A DNA stretch of 42,188 nucleotides from positions 1-42,188 of the forward strand of contig CBDAFS010000042.1 in assembly GCA_965195285.1 (NCBI GenBank). Reading direction: 5' to 3'. This DNA is from an uncultured Aminicenantes bacterium (GTDB taxonomy: Bacteria; Acidobacteriota; Aminicenantia; UBA2199). This document shows positions 1 through 8,980 of the stretch, one piece after another; the stretch's first letter is position 1, and each line of letters starts with the position of its first letter. The notes beneath the pieces are model-generated. The model did not search any database and had not been told where the DNA came from. It saw only the letters and a list, made by a program, of their open reading frames with translations. A program made the position numbers and the translations under genes.

Positions 1-420
1 GCTCTTGATTAAAATATCCAGGTCACAAAATGCTCTTAACCCGATATCACCGTAGGCCTGGACCGCAATGACCGGTCCTTTAAAGGGAACCGCTTCAAAT
101 CCATTGGTTGATAATATTTTCAGGATATTGAGTAATTTCTGGGTCACCAGGATGTTGCGCCCGACATTATTTAAATAGAGGTTTTTTTGCTTAACCAGCT
201 CTGTTTGAGGTACTACCCCTTCTTGCTGACGCTTAAGATATTTATAAAGCAGAGGCAGCACCCCGTGCTGGATTGCCAGATTGGTTACCAGAGGCCAATT
301 AATTCTCCTTTCAAAGCTTTTCCAATCAACCTTTTGATTATTCTTATCCACATGTATCGCACTCAGAACCAGTTTCATTTCCAGAGTAAAATTTCCCGTC
401 AATTTATTATCCATTATCAT
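1..420 (-). CDS. Nucleotidyltransferase family protein (NTP_transf_5-like), 3' end beyond window edge
   Basis: Not in the ORF track; translated by hand: MIMDNKLTG...INWPLVTNLAIQHGVLPLLYK...AVPFKGPVIAVQAYGDIGLRAFCDLDILIKS. The W..A..H.V.PLLY, FKG and R..D.D motifs are typical of this family. Frame is open to position 1. Confidence 0.85.
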   Translation of the reverse strand, partial: MIMDNKLTGNFTLEMKLVLSAIHVDKNNQKVDWKSFERRINWPLVTNLAIQHGVLPLLYKYLKRQQEGVVPQTELVKQKNLYLNNVGRNILVTQKLLNILKILSTNGFEAVPFKGPVIAVQAYGDIGLRAFCDLDILIKS

Positions 421-445
421 TTAGTGTTGGTCTGGCAAGTCATAT

Positions 446-816
446 TTTTTCGTAAAAAGTAAAGTGTAAAATGTGAAACTTAAAAAGCTTTTTCACTCTT
501 CACGCCTTACGTCTTCACGCCTTACGTCCTCACGCATTACTCTTTACGTCTCACTCTTTTTACTTTACCTTAACCTTAACCTTAACCTGAGGAATCAGAA
601 GACAGAAGACAGAAGTCAGAATAAATAAAATCCGAAATCCGAAATCCGAAACAAAGAAATTCTTAAAAAACATTGAATGATGAATATTGAACAAAGAATA
701 TCGAATGTCGAAGTGAAAGATTCATTTTTTAAATACTTCATCATTCCTTGTTCGTCATTCGTTATTCGATATTCAAAACTAAATACTTTTTTCCTCAACC
801 TTAACCTTTACCTCAG
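446..816. repeat. Mosaic of short-period tandem and inverted repeats
   Basis: (TTCACGC/CTTACGT)n, (AACCTT)n, (CAGAAGA)n, (AAATCCG)3, and a GAATNNN...NNNATTC 7-mer hairpin at ~676-774. Confidence 0.9.
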
Positions 817-831
817 CTCTAGTATCGTTTC

Positions 832-2643
832 TCATCTATTAACTGTCTGCCCTTCTATCATCGACCTGTATAACTCACTGGTCTCCATCAACTCTTCATG
901 ACTGCCCATGGCCACTAATTTTTTATCATTCAATAATAAAATACGCTTAACATTTTTTACTGTGCTCATCCGGTGGGCCACGACAAACTGGGTTTTGTCT
1001 TTGATCAATTTTGGTAATTCTGAAAAAATCAGATTTTCGGTCACACTGTCCAGAGCAGAGGCCGGCTCATCTAAAATCAGGATATCCGGATCTTTGATCA
1101 ATGCCCGGCCAATGGCCAATCGCTGTTTCTGTCCCACAGATAAATTCACACCTCGCTCTCCAACCCTTGACTCATATCCATTCTCCAGGCTCATGATAAA
1201 GTCATGTATCCCCGCTACTCTGGCAATTTCAATCACCTGATCCTTACTTGCTTGCGGATTGCCATAACAGAGATTTTCCATGATGGTGCCGGATAATAAT
1301 TCCGGGTCCTGTGATACATAACCGATTCGCCGTCGTAATGACCTCAGGTCATATTCAGATACCGGAATCCCATCAAAACGGATCTCACCTTTTGATGGTT
1401 TGTAAAAACTGAGAATTAAACTCAAAAGAGTTGTCTTTCCAATGCCACTGGGCCCCACAATGGCAATCTTTTCTCCCGGTTTTACAGCTAAACTTACATC
1501 CTCTAATATCATGTCCTGACCGCTGTAGGCAAATGATACCTTATCAAATTCAATGCTCCCTTTTAATTTTGTTACTTGTTTTCCTTTACCTAAATTTTCT
1601 TCCGGTACAATATCAAACAGGGCCGATACCCGTTCCAGGGCAGCTAAGGCATTTTGAAAACTCAGGTTGGCATTGGCTAAAAACTGGGCCGGACCATACA
1701 CAAACCCCACATAGGACCGGAAAGCCAACAGAGACCCTAAGGTCCATTCCCCCATAATTATCCAGTAGGCTCCGGCTAATAAAACCAGTACCCGGGCTAT
1801 TTCCGGTACTATTCCAATTGACATGCCCGCTGCTGAGCTTACCGTGGACTGTTCAATACCCAGGTTCATGGCTGAACGCAACTCATCGGTTACCTTGTTC
1901 ACGGTTCGGTCCTCGTTGGAGAATGATTTAACCAGAGTGGTAGATGACAGAGATTCCTGCAATGAACGGGAAACCTGAGCCTGCTGCTCCATGCGGTGAT
2001 GGCTGAGAACATGCATTTTGCGGGCAAAAAACCTGACCATAACCATCAAAACCGGCAATCCTACCAACACCACCAGGGCCAGCTGCCATTTCAGATAAAA
2101 TAACAGCACAATACCACCCATCAGTTGAAGGGTTGAGGTAAATATATACACAAGAATATTGGAAAAGAAATAGCGCAATCCACTCACATCGCCCAGTATT
2201 CGGGACATCAAATAACCGGTTTCCTGACGGTCAAAAAATGATTTGGGAAATTTCAGGGTACGGTCCAATACATCATGCTGGATATCCAGCAGAATTTCCT
2301 GTTCAAACCGGGCAAAGTAAAACCGTTGCATAGCATTGGCCAGTATTTCCAGCAACTTAACTACAGCCAGAACCACCACCGTTGTTATCAACAATTCCAA
2401 TTTTTTGGCCAAAATGACATTGTCCACTAAGAAACGAATGATCAGGGGAACCGGAAAGACCAGGGCAGAAGAAAGCAACACCAGTACTGCACCCAGCACC
2501 CCCTTTTTCCAGTGACGGGAGATAAAGGGCTTTAGGTTTCTCAGTCTTTGGCAAAAACCCTCTGTTGGCTTTCCCGTTCTCATCCGGTCTTCCGGAGGCA
2601 AGTGGGATAGGCCCTGTTTAAAAAATTTAAACCATGATTTCAT
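832..2643 (-). CDS. ABC exporter, fused permease + ATPase (MsbA/peptide-exporter type, no C39 peptidase domain)
   Basis: Multi-TM N-half, Walker A GPSGIGKTT, signature LSVGQKQR, Walker B ILILDEP, H-loop VAHR. Confidence 0.95.
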   Translation of the reverse strand: MKSWFKFFKQGLSHLPPEDRMRTGKPTEGFCQRLRNLKPFISRHWKKGVLGAVLVLLSSALVFPVPLIIRFLVDNVILAKKLELLITTVVVLAVVKLLEILANAMQRFYFARFEQEILLDIQHDVLDRTLKFPKSFFDRQETGYLMSRILGDVSGLRYFFSNILVYIFTSTLQLMGGIVLLFYLKWQLALVVLVGLPVLMVMVRFFARKMHVLSHHRMEQQAQVSRSLQESLSSTTLVKSFSNEDRTVNKVTDELRSAMNLGIEQSTVSSAAGMSIGIVPEIARVLVLLAGAYWIIMGEWTLGSLLAFRSYVGFVYGPAQFLANANLSFQNALAALERVSALFDIVPEENLGKGKQVTKLKGSIEFDKVSFAYSGQDMILEDVSLAVKPGEKIAIVGPSGIGKTTLLSLILSFYKPSKGEIRFDGIPVSEYDLRSLRRRIGYVSQDPELLSGTIMENLCYGNPQASKDQVIEIARVAGIHDFIMSLENGYESRVGERGVNLSVGQKQRLAIGRALIKDPDILILDEPASALDSVTENLIFSELPKLIKDKTQFVVAHRMSTVKNVKRILLLNDKKLVAMGSHEELMETSELYRSMIEGQTVNR

Positions 2644-2685
2644 TGTTCAGATCAAATTTTCTTAATTTTGCATCTAAATTATACC

Positions 2686-2905
2686 TTAGGTTAAGGTAAA
2701 GACGTAAAAAGTGAAGCGTAAAAATCTTAAAATCTTTCGTGAAACGTAATACATGAAGAGTGAAAATTAAAGTGGAACTTGTAATTCGATTGCAACTCGT
2801 AAAACATCAAGTGAAACATGAGATTTATTAATGACAAGCTATGTGAGCCCTTAATGACGCAACCTCTGGTTGTAAATGACACGAGTGAAGCAAATAAATG
2901 ACCAG
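2686..2905 (+). repeat. Composite dispersed repeat, copy A
   Basis: 2686-2792 is an inverted repeat of 8005-8111; 2783-2905 is a direct repeat of 10292-10416; AATGAC at 2830, 2853, 2875, 2897. Confidence 0.9.
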
Positions 2906-2917
2906 ATTTTCTCAACT

Positions 2918-3640
2918 TCAGAACTTCCCAACTTCTGACTCCTGACTTCTGTCTCCTATATTTTTAGCTGCATTTTTAATCTTCATAACTTCTTCTCTCT
3001 TTATAATCAAATCAAACGGTTTTTGACAATACATCTCTTTCTTCCCTTTGAACCAACGGGCCACAGTTTTCCCCTTGTAAGTGGTCTTGATGATGGTACC
3101 AGTAGGAGTATTCAGCCGAATGGTAAAAAGGTGTTTGTCCAGGTATTTATTCAAAATCCGGTATACTATTTTTGACTGCCTGATGTTGTGGTAAATTGTT
3201 TTCATAAAACCGGGAATCCATTTTTTTAAAACCCTCAATCCCCATCTCAACCGGACCTTCCAGAGCACCGGGAACCCCGATTTAACCGGCCATATCCGTT
3301 GATTTGATTCCACCATCTCCACCCGTCCGATAATCTGATCCAGGGTTACGGGCAGGACATCCCGACGGGAATTGTTATCCCCCCGGGTTAGCCAACCGGA
3401 ACCCAATTGTTTGACAACCCGGTGAACGGTAAAATCGCTTTCAAGTGATTTTCTGAAGATAATGACATCTCCGGGTTGAATATTTTCAATGGTCTCCTGT
3501 ACATAGAGCAGTTGACCCGGCCGAAAAGTGGGTAACATGCTGTTTCCCCGGTAAATAAAACATTTTTGGAATCCGGTTTTTTTGGCCCATCCGGGGATAA
3601 TAGAGGTTTCAAACGGATTGTGGGTTTCCAAATTCATCAT
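2918..3640 (-). CDS. S24/S26 family (signal peptidase I-like) peptidase, candidate RiPP leader peptidase
   Basis: GNSMLPT (catalytic Ser), GDVIIF, VHRVV (His), TRGDN motifs; C-terminal tail is encoded by a 7-mer repeat. Confidence 0.85.
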   Translation of the reverse strand: MMNLETHNPFETSIIPGWAKKTGFQKCFIYRGNSMLPTFRPGQLLYVQETIENIQPGDVIIFRKSLESDFTVHRVVKQLGSGWLTRGDNNSRRDVLPVTLDQIIGRVEMVESNQRIWPVKSGFPVLWKVRLRWGLRVLKKWIPGFMKTIYHNIRQSKIVYRILNKYLDKHLFTIRLNTPTGTIIKTTYKGKTVARWFKGKKEMYCQKPFDLIIKREEVMKIKNAAKNIGDRSQESEVGKF

Positions 3641-4490
3641 GGATCAAACCCCAGAAATCAGGGGATTTTCTGAAATGAAGCTCATAACCCGGAATTTTCC
3701 TAGCAATATCTGCAGAAATCCGAAATGCATTTTCAATTATATCGCCATGCAAAACCAGACGGGCAACACTATCCAGGCACCCTTCAAACAATCCCCGGGC
3801 AGTTTTCATTGGCGATAATCTATCCAGTTTGTCCGCTGTGTCCTGGTTGAGAAAAAAAACCGCTCTAAGGGGAATACCGTCAAGCGAAAGAGTTCGGTCG
3901 GTTACCCGGTAGTCTCCCTTTTTATTCTGATACACCACCACATGGTCATCATGAATGATCCGGTATCCCTTTTTCTCACTGAAATTGGATGTTGTGGTTT
4001 TTCCGGCTCCGGAAACTCCCACAAATAAATAGGCCGAATCCTGATCGTATACTCCCGATGCATGATAAAAACCCTTTTTTCGTTTTAAATGCTGCCATGC
4101 ACTCAATATACAGAAAAGGTTATTGAGCTTATCCGAAGCCTGGTAAAAATCATCCTCTTCAAGTAGATAAAAATATACCGGCTTTTCACTACTCCGTAGT
4201 CGAAATACCCGGAAACCGGGTACAATTTCCTCGCCGTACTGCCAGATAACCCTCCATCCTTTAATCTCTGAACCTTGATCTGAAGAATTAATAACTTCCC
4301 AGGCTTGATAAATATTTTTCCATAAATCGGGAACAGACTTTTTTTCGTAAAAAACAATATCAGAAGTAACCAAAACCAGTTCATCATCAACACCATTATC
4401 CCGATTATATTCGGGGAAAATCGATGAAGTCATGGAAGATAATGATGAAAGTAACTTCTCACCGGCTCGAGTATAGGAATTTAATATCAT
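3609..4490 (-). CDS. scmC: HprK-related P-loop kinase-like protein (ScmC-like)
   Basis: HASGV, GVSGAGKTT, IHDD motifs and C-terminal YELHFRKSPDFW; position within an Scm-like cassette. Confidence 0.7.
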   Translation of the reverse strand: MILNSYTRAGEKLLSSLSSMTSSIFPEYNRDNGVDDELVLVTSDIVFYEKKSVPDLWKNIYQAWEVINSSDQGSEIKGWRVIWQYGEEIVPGFRVFRLRSSEKPVYFYLLEEDDFYQASDKLNNLFCILSAWQHLKRKKGFYHASGVYDQDSAYLFVGVSGAGKTTTSNFSEKKGYRIIHDDHVVVYQNKKGDYRVTDRTLSLDGIPLRAVFFLNQDTADKLDRLSPMKTARGLFEGCLDSVARLVLHGDIIENAFRISADIARKIPGYELHFRKSPDFWGLIHDEFGNPQSV

Positions 4491-4551
4491 AAATTATAAA
4501 GAATAAATAATTGAATTAAAATTTCCAGAAAATTAAATTTTTAAAATATTT

Positions 4552-4785
4552 TTATCCAGCTTCGTAACCACTAATACAACTGTAACCTGCTGAATTACCG
4601 GTTGGCAGACACATTTGAGCTGGAAATACAACACCACCTGGCACACAGGTACTAAGAGCGATATCTCCGGTAACCGAACAGTCTACCATGGTATATTCAG
4701 GCTTACCGGTCACACAGGAACCCTGGGCAATTTGCAGAGAACTCAAATCTTTAGCAATTGGTTTTTCGTATTTTGGTTTATCCAT
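4552..4785 (-). CDS. RiPP precursor peptide, 77 aa, YxxP leader and 5 periodic Cys
   Basis: AAGGAG RBS; YEKP-x4-L leader motif; CxxG/CxxTG repeats; directly downstream of two rSAM/SPASM genes. Confidence 0.85.
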   Translation of the reverse strand: MDKPKYEKPIAKDLSSLQIAQGSCVTGKPEYTMVDCSVTGDIALSTCVPGGVVFPAQMCLPTGNSAGYSCISGYEAG

Positions 4786-4848
4786 TTACATCTCCTTTTG
4801 GATTATAGAAAATAAAAGATTAAAATGCAAGCCTTAAATTTATTTAAT

Positions 4849-5949
4849 CTATTTTTTTCTTGACGCAGGAAAAAGTCCGATCTCATCTGCCTGCTGGCAG
4901 AACCAGAAGGGAGCTGTCAGCCTTCCGGTGGCATGATAATTCTGAGCCACACAGGTGCCAAGACATCGGCTCTTGAAAATACACTTACTGCAGATTCCTT
5001 CCAATTGAGAAGGAATGACTTTACGAAGTTTTTTTAGACCTGCTGCACTACTCCATACATCAATTACCTTGTCTTTCTCAAGGAAACCATAAACTAAGTC
5101 TTTTTCCTGAGTGCCAATCCCACACATAGCCAATTCTCCTGAGGATAGGATTCCCAGAATATAGTATAAGTTACAATTTCCACCCAGGTCATTATTAAGA
5201 CGCCTGATCCCGTGAAAGACCATGGGCCAGCTATAAAACAGCGGAATGGAATAACGGGACCGCAATTCTTTTTCCACCCAGTTACCCAGTTCAAGCAGTT
5301 CCTCAATGGAAAGCAGGCTATTGTTTTTTTTCATCTGTTCTCCCCGTCCAGATGGCTGGATAATATTAAATTTAACCGAACCACATCCAGTTTCTACTGC
5401 CCAATTAATCATAGGCTCGATCTCCTCTACATTATCAGGATAGAGGCTCATAATTACTTGCGGTTTATAGCCTGATTCCACAAGGTAATGGACACCCTTT
5501 CTTGCCTTTTCGAAACTGCCTGTAACATTACGCATATAATCGTGTGTTTCTGCTGTGACTCCATCAATACTCACTGCGACACTATACATAGACGTTTTTT
5601 CTTTCAAGTAACGGGATAATTCTCGGGATAACAGTGTTCCGTTGGTTTCCAGATTTGTCTTGAGTTCCTTTTCAGTGGCATAATCCACCATTCGCCTAAA
5701 ATCGGGGTGCAACAGAGGTTCTCCACCGGTAAATTTGATGCGATTTAAACCGAGGGGAATAGCTTCATTAACAGCTGTTTTAAAAAATTCAAAATCCAAA
5801 CATTCCCCACATCCTCCGTCTGGTTCAAAACTGGGTGCAATCCAGCAGTGACGGCAAGCCAGGTTACATCCACTGGTGATATACATATAATAAGTGGTGA
5901 GCGGCGGAACACCTTCTGGAAGATCCAATTTTCTTTTTTCTTTTAACAT
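4849..5949 (-). CDS. scmF: Radical SAM/SPASM maturase (ScmF-like)
   Basis: CNLACRHC, FTGGEP, ETNG; SPASM Cys set (NC...AMC...CSKCIFKSRCLGTC...FC); YMYITSGCNL..RHCWI.P resembles the ScmF N-terminus as recalled. Confidence 0.85.
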   Translation of the reverse strand: MLKEKRKLDLPEGVPPLTTYYMYITSGCNLACRHCWIAPSFEPDGGCGECLDFEFFKTAVNEAIPLGLNRIKFTGGEPLLHPDFRRMVDYATEKELKTNLETNGTLLSRELSRYLKEKTSMYSVAVSIDGVTAETHDYMRNVTGSFEKARKGVHYLVESGYKPQVIMSLYPDNVEEIEPMINWAVETGCGSVKFNIIQPSGRGEQMKKNNSLLSIEELLELGNWVEKELRSRYSIPLFYSWPMVFHGIRRLNNDLGGNCNLYYILGILSSGELAMCGIGTQEKDLVYGFLEKDKVIDVWSSAAGLKKLRKVIPSQLEGICSKCIFKSRCLGTCVAQNYHATGRLTAPFWFCQQADEIGLFPASRKK

Positions 5950-5974
5950 CTATCCTTTTAATTTATTTTAAATT

Positions 5975-6066
5975 CGAAAAGTGTAAAAGGTGATTTAGTA
6001 TCTTCACTTTTTACTCTTTACGCCTCACGTTTTTCATCTTTGCCTTTACCTCAACCTTAACCTAAG
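5975..6066. repeat. 7-mer periodic hairpin followed by an (AACCTT)-type run between the rSAM genes
   Basis: CGAAAAGTGTAAAAGGTGA followed by TTCACTTTTTACTCTTTACGCCTCACG, then CTTTACCTCAACCTTAACCT. Confidence 0.7.
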
Positions 6067-6092
6067 TTTTAGAAGCTTCGTTATTTCGAGTT

Positions 6093-7199
6093 TCAATAAC
6101 TGTATTCCGGATCTTCTCCGATATAAGCCCGGTAACAATCGCTGGGGTTGATGGTATTGACCTCCCCGGTGATGGCATAGGCCACCCCCGGACATCCCCC
6201 TGTGCAATATTTTTGGTATTCACAACCCTTACAATGGGGGATAGATTCCAGAGAAATATTTTCCCGCTCCCTGAGCTCATTCAGTTCGGAATTGTGTAAC
6301 CAAATATCCTTGAGCGAGTCTTTACCAATTTTTCCGAGAGAGATGTGGGGCAATTGATGACAGGGAACATAGGTACCATCATGGAGAACCGAAAGCTTTT
6401 GCCACATGATATTACAGCCGGTTAGGTGTCCGGTTTTATAGGGAAAATCAAATTTACCGGTTTTGCGAGCCTTATTGACCTTATCAATATAATTGGAAAT
6501 GATTAAAGGGCCGGCCTGGCCTCCGCTGGCTACCCCCGGATGCGTTCGGTCAAATTCCTGCATAACTCTGAATGACAACCTCCGTTCCTCCGGAGTCATT
6601 TCCAGGATGGAATGGTTGCAGTGGCCTGCTCCTCTCGGAAAAGCCTCACTCACATCAAACCGTTTCAGGCCCAGATCTTTATATAGCATTTTCAGTGTAT
6701 TTTCCAAATCATAGACATTGAGTTTGTTCACTGTAACCCGGACCACCCAGGGAAATTTGTATTCTTTGAGGATATTGACACCTTGCAACATGTTTTCTAA
6801 TGATCCCTTTCCCCGTATTTGATCATGGGTCTCTGCACAGGAACCATCCACCGACACTTGGATGTAATCCAGACGGCGGCTGTACTTTTTCAGTTTTTTA
6901 CCCACTTTGTCAGTAATTAAAGTCCCATTGGTTAAAATACCGAATCTCATTTTATTTTCAACAATACCATCAATTAACTCCCATAAATCTTTTCGGGTAA
7001 ATATTTCGCCTCCACTCAAAGTCATCCTCATGATCCCGGCATCCCGGCACTCTTCAAAAAATTTCAACCAGGTTTCGGTGGGTAAATCCTTTAGAGCTAC
7101 CATCTCGTCCGCATAAAAGCAATATTTACATGCCAGGTTACATCGTCCGGTTAGAGCCACTACAACGGATTCCGGAGACTTAAATAATTTTCTATGCAT
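6093..7199 (-). CDS. scmE: Radical SAM/SPASM maturase (ScmE-like)
   Basis: SPESVVVALTGRCNLACKYC, SGGE, QVSVDGS; SPASM GC...DGTYVPC...CKGCEYQKYCTGGC...DC. Confidence 0.85.
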   Translation of the reverse strand: MHRKLFKSPESVVVALTGRCNLACKYCFYADEMVALKDLPTETWLKFFEECRDAGIMRMTLSGGEIFTRKDLWELIDGIVENKMRFGILTNGTLITDKVGKKLKKYSRRLDYIQVSVDGSCAETHDQIRGKGSLENMLQGVNILKEYKFPWVVRVTVNKLNVYDLENTLKMLYKDLGLKRFDVSEAFPRGAGHCNHSILEMTPEERRLSFRVMQEFDRTHPGVASGGQAGPLIISNYIDKVNKARKTGKFDFPYKTGHLTGCNIMWQKLSVLHDGTYVPCHQLPHISLGKIGKDSLKDIWLHNSELNELRERENISLESIPHCKGCEYQKYCTGGCPGVAYAITGEVNTINPSDCYRAYIGEDPEYSY

Positions 7200-7210
7200 C
7201 TGAAAAATCC

Positions 7211-7849
7211 TTATTTTTTTGACTCGTCCATAACTCCAATAAAACCGCTATCTACCATTTGTTTTAAAAATTCTTCCACATCCGTTTTAACCTGAGCTTC
7301 GGGCACATCATCAAAATCTTTATTAAAAGCATTGATGATCTCTTCCACACTACGCTCCCGTTCACAGAGTTTCCAGATATAATGACCGGTCTGGCTCAAC
7401 AACTTAACCTGGTCGGTATCGGGATTAAAGAGAAGAGCTCCATCTTCATCTTCTTCCCGTAGATTCACATCAGGATTTTGTATATGTTTTGTTTGACTCA
7501 TGATGTCTCCTTTCTTATTTTTTTTTAAATCCAGTAAAGAATGATTCTTCCATAATTGCTGACACATATTCCACAACTTTGAGAGTGCCTCTATCCGGGA
7601 TATCCCAAATTTTTTCGAATATGAATCCGCAATCTCTTCAAGATTTTTTTCTCCATCCAGCTGATCCCAGAACCAGTATTCAATTGGATTGAGCTCTGTA
7701 AGTTCTTTATTATGTAAATTAAGCACTAAAGCTCCCTCATCAAACACTTCAACACAAATCTCTTTTTTGGGAACAAAAACCATTTCTTTATCAATTTCCT
7801 TCTCAGTCTGTGAATTTTTCCCCTTTGATAAATAAGAATGGTTCTTCAT
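7211..7849 (-). CDS. scmD: Tandem PqqD/RRE-domain protein (C-terminal domain ScmD-like)
   Basis: Two PqqD-like units (EVFDEGALVLN...LNPIEYWFWDQLDG; LREEDEDGALLFNPDT...TGHYIWKLC...DVEEFLKQM); internal AAGGAG + ATG at 7501. Confidence 0.85.
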   Translation of the reverse strand: MKNHSYLSKGKNSQTEKEIDKEMVFVPKKEICVEVFDEGALVLNLHNKELTELNPIEYWFWDQLDGEKNLEEIADSYSKKFGISRIEALSKLWNMCQQLWKNHSLLDLKKNKKGDIMSQTKHIQNPDVNLREEDEDGALLFNPDTDQVKLLSQTGHYIWKLCERERSVEEIINAFNKDFDDVPEAQVKTDVEEFLKQMVDSGFIGVMDESKK

Positions 7850-7854
7850 TTTTT

Positions 7855-7883
7855 ATTTTATAGCTTCTCTACACACTAGTCAA
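7855..7883 (-). promoter_or_regulatory. Sigma70-like promoter for the RiPP cluster (probably leaderless)
   Basis: TTGACT-17 nt-TAAAAT ending 5 nt before the ATG at 7849. Confidence 0.6.
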
Positions 7884-7971
7884 CCATCTTTTTTATTTTT
7901 CCAATTTTCTTAACTTCTTATCTTTAATTTTTTTATTACTAATTACATTTTACTATTTACGAATTACGGTT

Positions 7972-8111
7972 TTTCACCCTTCACGTATTACGCATTACGT
8001 TCAACAACCGAATTACAAGTTTCACTTCAATTTTCACTCTTCATGTATTACGCTTCACGAAATATTTTATGATTTTCACCCTTCACGCCTTACATCTTTA
8101 CCTTTACCTAA
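7972..8111 (-). repeat. Composite dispersed repeat, copy B (inverted relative to A)
   Basis: 8005-8111 matches the reverse complement of 2686-2792 at 94/107 positions by manual alignment. Confidence 0.9.
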
Positions 8112-8116
8112 ATCTC

Positions 8117-8980
8117 TTAAAGAACACTCTCCTTCACATACACCACATCATTGGGTTTGAGATTAAAATCCGGTTGTTTGCCACTGAGTATTTTTTTTAC
8201 ATTCACCTTGATTTTAATTTCCTTACCGCTTTCCCGCCGGGTAATCAACACCGATGATTTCCTGGCCCGATCGCCAAACCCACCGGCCTGGGCAATGGCC
8301 CGGAGCAGCGTGAGTTGATCACTCTTTTTCATCTGAATCTGTCCCGGATTTTTAACCTGGCCAAACACAAAGATATCAACTAACATGTCCATGGCCACAT
8401 TAACAATGTCATTGGACTGAAGGGGGATATTCAAGCTGGCATTACCTTTTAGCATGAGCTCTTCGATATCGATGGCTAACGAGGCACTTTTTCCATCCGG
8501 GTACTGGCGGATGATAATAATTTTACTACCGGCCTTTTCGGTCAGGCCTCCGGCCCGGGAAAGCAATTGCAAGAGGGTTTGTTTACCGATCAATTCATAA
8601 TCACCGGTTTTTTGAACCGCGCCGATGATGGAGACTTTTTGACTCTGATATTCCTTGATAAATACCGTAACCTGGGCATTTTTCAAATAACTTTTTTCTA
8701 AAAGCGTGGCCAGCCTGGCCTCTAACTGTAATGGATTGAGTCCCTGCACCCGAACAACACCCAATAATGGCAGGGCAATGGTGCCGTCCTCAGCCACCCT
8801 CACCGTTATGTTGAGTTCCGGCACCTCAAACACACTGATAGTCAACAAATCCTTGGGTCCTATGGTATAGGCATAATCTTTGGTTCTATTTTCAGGAATA
8901 TTTGATTTTTCCTGCTGGCCCAAGAGACTTAATACCAGACATACCATAAAAAAAATCAGACAAATTTTTTTAAAAATCAT
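8117..8980 (-). CDS. wza: Polysaccharide export protein (Wza/Poly_export + SLBB domains)
   Basis: YTIGPKDLLTISVF, DGTIALPLLG, two SLBB repeats (GAVQKTG...LSRAGG; GQVKNPG...AQAGG). Confidence 0.9.
   Translation of the reverse strand: MIFKKICLIFFMVCLVLSLLGQQEKSNIPENRTKDYAYTIGPKDLLTISVFEVPELNITVRVAEDGTIALPLLGVVRVQGLNPLQLEARLATLLEKSYLKNAQVTVFIKEYQSQKVSIIGAVQKTGDYELIGKQTLLQLLSRAGGLTEKAGSKIIIIRQYPDGKSASLAIDIEELMLKGNASLNIPLQSNDIVNVAMDMLVDIFVFGQVKNPGQIQMKKSDQLTLLRAIAQAGGFGDRARKSSVLITRRESGKEIKIKVNVKKILSGKQPDFNLKPNDVVYVKESVL

Noticed and set aside
187-901. Short ORFs 187-462(+), 616-798(-), 677-901(+)
   Set aside because: Antisense to the nucleotidyltransferase or translations of repeat hairpins.
2686-8111. 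Classical IS or composite transposon
   Set aside because: No transposase or recombinase and no clear target-site duplication.
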